A stretch of DNA of 64,000 bases. Origin: Anaerolineae bacterium (GTDB taxonomy: Bacteria > Chloroflexota > Anaerolineae > JAAEKA01). Location: positions 4,279-68,278 of the forward strand of contig JBAQCH010000345.1 in assembly GCA_049294015.1 (NCBI GenBank). The letters are read 5' to 3'. The translations under genes and the position numbers were made by a program. The notes beneath the pieces are model-generated. The model saw nothing but the letters and a program-made list of their open reading frames with translations. It was not told the DNA's origin and made no database searches. Positions 60,652-64,000 of this stretch are shown here, piece after piece. Numbering within the stretch: the first letter of the stretch is position 1; the number at the start of each line of letters is the position of its first letter.

Positions 60652-63600
60652 CTAAACATCGACCGTGACCTGTATCCTCTGCACCCACCCATCACGATCG
60701 AGAATGCGCCGCGAAGTTGCCACATCCAGGCAGCGCCCTGGCACGGTCAGCATTTGTCCGTCAGCACAAGTCACTTCCACTTTCGCTGCGTCACCGTAAA
60801 CATAGATCACTGGTGTTTGGCAAACAGTGAAAGCCAGGGAAGCCGGCGGGAGTGACATGGTTCTTGGGGTGTGGGCTACGTCGACGTAGCTGAACTCGCC
60901 CGCTGAGGACAGGAATTCAGCGCGTTGCAGCAGCGAAGGCGCAAAACACAACGCCCCAGCTTGTATCGACACACCCAGTTCCCCGAAACGCGTCAAGATT
61001 TCCTCTTTGACCTGGCCGGTCATACCTGGCTGGCGAGCGCCATTGCCCCAGGGTGTGTGCGAATAGGGATCGGTAGGGAATGCGCCATACGCGTCAGGCG
61101 ATTTGTTGAAGCTCAGACCTTGCCGGATGTCGTAGTAGGCCGCGGCCAGCGCGGCTGTGGTAGACGCGTCTGCGTTGGCCGCCAGCGCGTGCTGGTAGTA
61201 TTCCTGCGCGGCCAGCAACAGCTTCGACACCATGTGCCAGTAGATGCTGCCCAGCCCCTCGTAGGCGAAGAACGTGCCCGATCGGCCGGTGAACGCGCGA
61301 TGATCGAAGGTAGTCTCGAACAGGTCAAGCATGAAAGCGCGTTCAGCCGTCACCAGCGGCGCGAAGGCTGGTTCCTGGGCCAGCTCGTCCAACGTGCGCG
61401 CCACGTCGTCGGCGTTGCGGAAGTTGCCGTTGAAGTGATAGACGCCGCCGTCATCGCAGAGCAGCAGGCGCCGGTCGTTGGCGGCCGTCAGCGCCGCGAC
61501 CAGCGAAGAAGCGGCAACCGCTGCGGCCGGCGTCTGGTTCTTCTGCAAGAAGCCGGGCAGTTGGCGATTGGGGTAAAGCATGTAGGAATGCTGGTCTGGG
61601 CGATAGAGCTCACTCTGGCGCATGCTGCGCAACACTGCCAGCGCTTCCTCCGGCGTCAACATGCCCGACGACAGCGCAGCAACCTGCCCCTCCAGCATCA
61701 GATAGAGGTGATCGACCGCGGCGCCCTGGTCGTGCAGACGCAGAATGTTGTAGCTGTGGAACATGTCGTCCGGTCGCTGGTTGGCGCGCAGCGTCTGCTC
61801 CACGTAGCGCTGCGCCAAGGCCAGAAAAGCGCGCAGCGTCTGGCAGTCGATCCCGACCTGCACGGCAGGCACGCCGTCCCGATACACGGTGGTTCGATAG
61901 GCTGTAGCCACTGCTCCCAGTTGATCCATGATCGCCCGGCGCGCTTGATCGGTGAAGCCGCCTGCCAAGTGAGACTGGTGGGCGTGCAAGATATCATGCA
62001 CGGCGCCAAACAGATCGGCCACGGCCGGGTTGACGGCCACTGTCTCCGTCTCCTCCTGCGCCAACTGCGCCTGCCAGAAGGCAATGAAGCGACGCAGGTA
62101 GCAGACAGTGACCACCGATAGTCCCTTGCCCACCAGCGCGTTGTTGGCGTCGTTCCATTCGGGGCGCTGCGTGTTCATCCAGATGCCGCCCTCAGGCGCC
62201 AGATTGGTGAGCTTGGCCAGCAGCAGCACCAGCAGCTTCTCGGCCAAGGTCACATGAACAACCGCGCCGTTGGCCGCGCGCAGCAGCCGCCCGTCCGTGC
62301 CCAGAGAGGCCACGGCCGCAGCGATCGCCTCCTCCTGCTGGTAGTCGAACTCGATGGTGTTGTTCCAGTCGGCCAACATCTGCGGGTAGGAGCGCAGCCG
62401 ATAGGGCACGTTGGCGTAGGAGAAAATCGGCCGGTTCCACAAGGCCGGCAGGGCTGCGGGATCGACGTGCGCCGTGATCTCCAGCAGCTTGAGCAGATAG
62501 ATGATCTGGTGGTCGCTCCAGTAGCCGATGTTGGACCAGGGATTATGCGGCTCCGGCGTCTCCCATTCGATGCCGTCGCGCGTGATCCGGTAGGGATTGT
62601 AGCCGTCCACGGTGGTGGCGTTGAGGAACTTGACCACCATACCCTCGACAAAGCGCGGAAAGCTGAGCGCCAGCGGCTCCCAATTCTGGAAGATGTCGCG
62701 CCAGTTGCCCTGATAGTCCAGGCGGGCCGAGCCGTCGGGCTTGGTCACGTTGATGGAGAAGCGGTTCCAGGGGCGGCTGGGGTCGCCGTGACGCCGGCTG
62801 AACGTCAGGGGCAAATACTCGTAGCACAGCCGGATCAGATCGGGCGCGCCGCTGTCGGCAGCGCGGGCATAGAGGTCCTGGATCGAAAGCTTCGACGGCA
62901 AGTTTGCAAACCAATCGGCATGATCTGCCAGCACAGCGCGGTTGCGAACGCGCACGAAGTCGCACAAATCCTCGCGCTCGACCTGGTAGTTGTCGACGAA
63001 AATGCCGCCGCGCATGATGTTGAAGAGGACGTTGGCGAAATGATGAGCGGTGGTTGTCTCCTGAGCGGTAACCTGCAGGCCATCGGCCGAGCCCACGAAG
63101 CGCATCAGATCCTCTGTGCCGCGGGCGATATCTGCGTCGATCTGCGCCTCAAGGGTGGCTCTTTCCCGGCAGAGAGTCTGCATCTGCCGGGAAATGGCAG
63201 CGTGATCTTGATTAACGTCGGCCACAATGTGCCAACGGCGGGCCTGACCGGGTGTCAAGTCGATCGCAGCGACAGCAAAATAGGCGGCCGGCTTGCCGCA
63301 GACGTCCCGTTCGGTCGTGATGGCGCCGCCGCGACGAAAGGCATCGATCTGATCGGAGCAAAGTAAATGACGGACGTCGTCCAGCCCCACCTGCCAGGCC
63401 ACGGTTGCCTTGAGCGACTCGCTGGGCTCGGCGCGGTCGCTCAACGTGGCGCTGAGGGCGAAGATGCCCAGCCCGCTGGCCGGCTCCAGCTCGTTGCGCT
63501 TGTAGGCGTCCAACAGGTTGCTCATGCCGTTCTGCAACTGGCTGGTGGCGCCAAAGGGCAGGATGTTCTGCAGGCCATCGAGCAGCTCGACGCGACACGC

Positions 63601-63993
63601 GTTATCGCCCCGGTTTTCCAGCCAACAGCTTCTGATGAACCCAAAGCGGTCGCCGGTGCGCCACGCCACGCGCATTGCCAACTGCAAGTCGTGGTTGATC
63701 TCCTCGAAGATCAGCTTGTTGCCGTAGACGTTCTTGTACAGGTGGCGTTCGCAGCGATAGACGCCGGCGTAGCGCTCCGAAAAGGGCTCCCACAGGTGGG
63801 TGCGTCCGCTGAGCGTGACCCGCAGGATGGTCTTACTGCCGGTCTGCTCGCCGTGCGCTTGAATTTTATCCACCGTTTCATAAGGAAAAAGCGCCGAGTC
63901 GGCGTTGGTGCGTCCGGCCGTCAATCCACCGTTGCTGGCAATGAACAGCCAGTGGTTCGCGCTGCTGACCAGGCTCATGAAGAAGATAGGCAT
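60652..63993 (-). CDS. Large cytoplasmic glycoside hydrolase/phosphorylase-like protein, family uncertain (possibly an (alpha/alpha)6-barrel type)
   Basis: 1113 aa with no signal peptide. Motifs QRPEWNDANNALVGKG and NATTVDGYNPYRI. Operon context is LacI plus ABC plus GH3. Confidence 0.55.
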   Translation of the reverse strand: MPIFFMSLVSSANHWLFIASNGGLTAGRTNADSALFPYETVDKIQAHGEQTGSKTILRVTLSGRTHLWEPFSERYAGVYRCERHLYKNVYGNKLIFEEINHDLQLAMRVAWRTGDRFGFIRSCWLENRGDNACRVELLDGLQNILPFGATSQLQNGMSNLLDAYKRNELEPASGLGIFALSATLSDRAEPSESLKATVAWQVGLDDVRHLLCSDQIDAFRRGGAITTERDVCGKPAAYFAVAAIDLTPGQARRWHIVADVNQDHAAISRQMQTLCRERATLEAQIDADIARGTEDLMRFVGSADGLQVTAQETTTAHHFANVLFNIMRGGIFVDNYQVEREDLCDFVRVRNRAVLADHADWFANLPSKLSIQDLYARAADSGAPDLIRLCYEYLPLTFSRRHGDPSRPWNRFSINVTKPDGSARLDYQGNWRDIFQNWEPLALSFPRFVEGMVVKFLNATTVDGYNPYRITRDGIEWETPEPHNPWSNIGYWSDHQIIYLLKLLEITAHVDPAALPALWNRPIFSYANVPYRLRSYPQMLADWNNTIEFDYQQEEAIAAAVASLGTDGRLLRAANGAVVHVTLAEKLLVLLLAKLTNLAPEGGIWMNTQRPEWNDANNALVGKGLSVVTVCYLRRFIAFWQAQLAQEETETVAVNPAVADLFGAVHDILHAHQSHLAGGFTDQARRAIMDQLGAVATAYRTTVYRDGVPAVQVGIDCQTLRAFLALAQRYVEQTLRANQRPDDMFHSYNILRLHDQGAAVDHLYLMLEGQVAALSSGMLTPEEALAVLRSMRQSELYRPDQHSYMLYPNRQLPGFLQKNQTPAAAVAASSLVAALTAANDRRLLLCDDGGVYHFNGNFRNADDVARTLDELAQEPAFAPLVTAERAFMLDLFETTFDHRAFTGRSGTFFAYEGLGSIYWHMVSKLLLAAQEYYQHALAANADASTTAALAAAYYDIRQGLSFNKSPDAYGAFPTDPYSHTPWGNGARQPGMTGQVKEEILTRFGELGVSIQAGALCFAPSLLQRAEFLSSAGEFSYVDVAHTPRTMSLPPASLAFTVCQTPVIYVYGDAAKVEVTCADGQMLTVPGRCLDVATSRRILDRDGWVQRIQVTVDV

Positions 63994-64000
63994 CTGGTCG

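Overview
This is a high-G+C bacterial chromosomal window. The codon usage, lipobox lipoproteins and PT-rich linkers are typical of Chloroflexi- or Actinobacteria-like genomes, but taxon is not established. In high-G+C DNA every frame stays open, so most ORFs in the supplied track are antisense or alternative-frame artefacts. Calls below keep only the strand with protein-like composition and recognisable motifs.

Layout:
(i) 1-4100: end of a chromosomal gene, a small caspase/CHAT-like protein, and a 1009-aa secreted lipoprotein (TIM-barrel glycoside-hydrolase-like N-terminus, PT linkers, lamin-tail domain) closed by a strong terminator.
(ii) 4280-25935: a 21-kb block entirely on the + strand. 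It starts at a near-consensus promoter and carries the three hallmark genes of the helicase-methylase-ATPase (Hma-like) defence triad: SNF2 helicase with DUF3883 (4481-8113), DUF1156 N6-adenine methyltransferase (8909-11695) and DUF499 HEPN/ATPase (19504-22812). The triad is interrupted twice by lower-G+C cargo. One is a novel Cys/Trp tandem-repeat zinc-ribbon protein. The other is a 7.8-kb insert holding a HEAT/TPR, transmembrane, SNase-like, SH3b giant protein, a coiled-coil protein and a sugar ABC importer. A visibly AT-richer three-gene cassette of unknown function (23021-25933) follows the triad.
(iii) 26000-47450: a phage-derived early/replication module transcribed leftward as one long operon from an SOS-box-containing promoter beside a divergent cro/cI-like HTH pair. 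It encodes a DnaB-DnaC fusion, a C5-methyltransferase with internally repeated variable modules, an N6/N4 methyltransferase, a RecD-like helicase, a tandem-repeat protein, a LexA DNA-binding-domain-only protein, a polymerase-beta-fold nucleotidyltransferase and many tiny zinc-ribbon proteins. No structural, lysis or integrase genes are visible. Two families of recurring GC-rich hairpin motifs punctuate it.
(iv) 47600-51700: a toxin-antitoxin hotspot. It holds an inverted duplication of a Gp49/HigB-like toxin plus HTH-antitoxin pair, HigB/HigA, a HigA-like orphan and a DUF433 protein. Embedded are a tRNA-Met(CAU) 3'-half fragment with arm-like repeats and an intrinsic terminator (att scar), and three copies of a DnaC-like C-terminal gene fragment.
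(v) 52000-64000: a LacI-regulated oligosaccharide utilisation locus on the minus strand. It holds a LacI regulator with a palindromic operator, an ABC importer, a GH3 beta-glucosidase, a large cytoplasmic glycoside hydrolase/phosphorylase-like protein and a secreted beta-rich protein.

The most novel candidates are the Cys/Trp repeat gene inside the defence triad, the low-G+C cargo inside and beside it, the SOS / LexA-DBD circuitry of the structural-gene-less phage module, and the recurring hairpin elements. All family assignments come from motif reading by eye and need HMM or structure confirmation.
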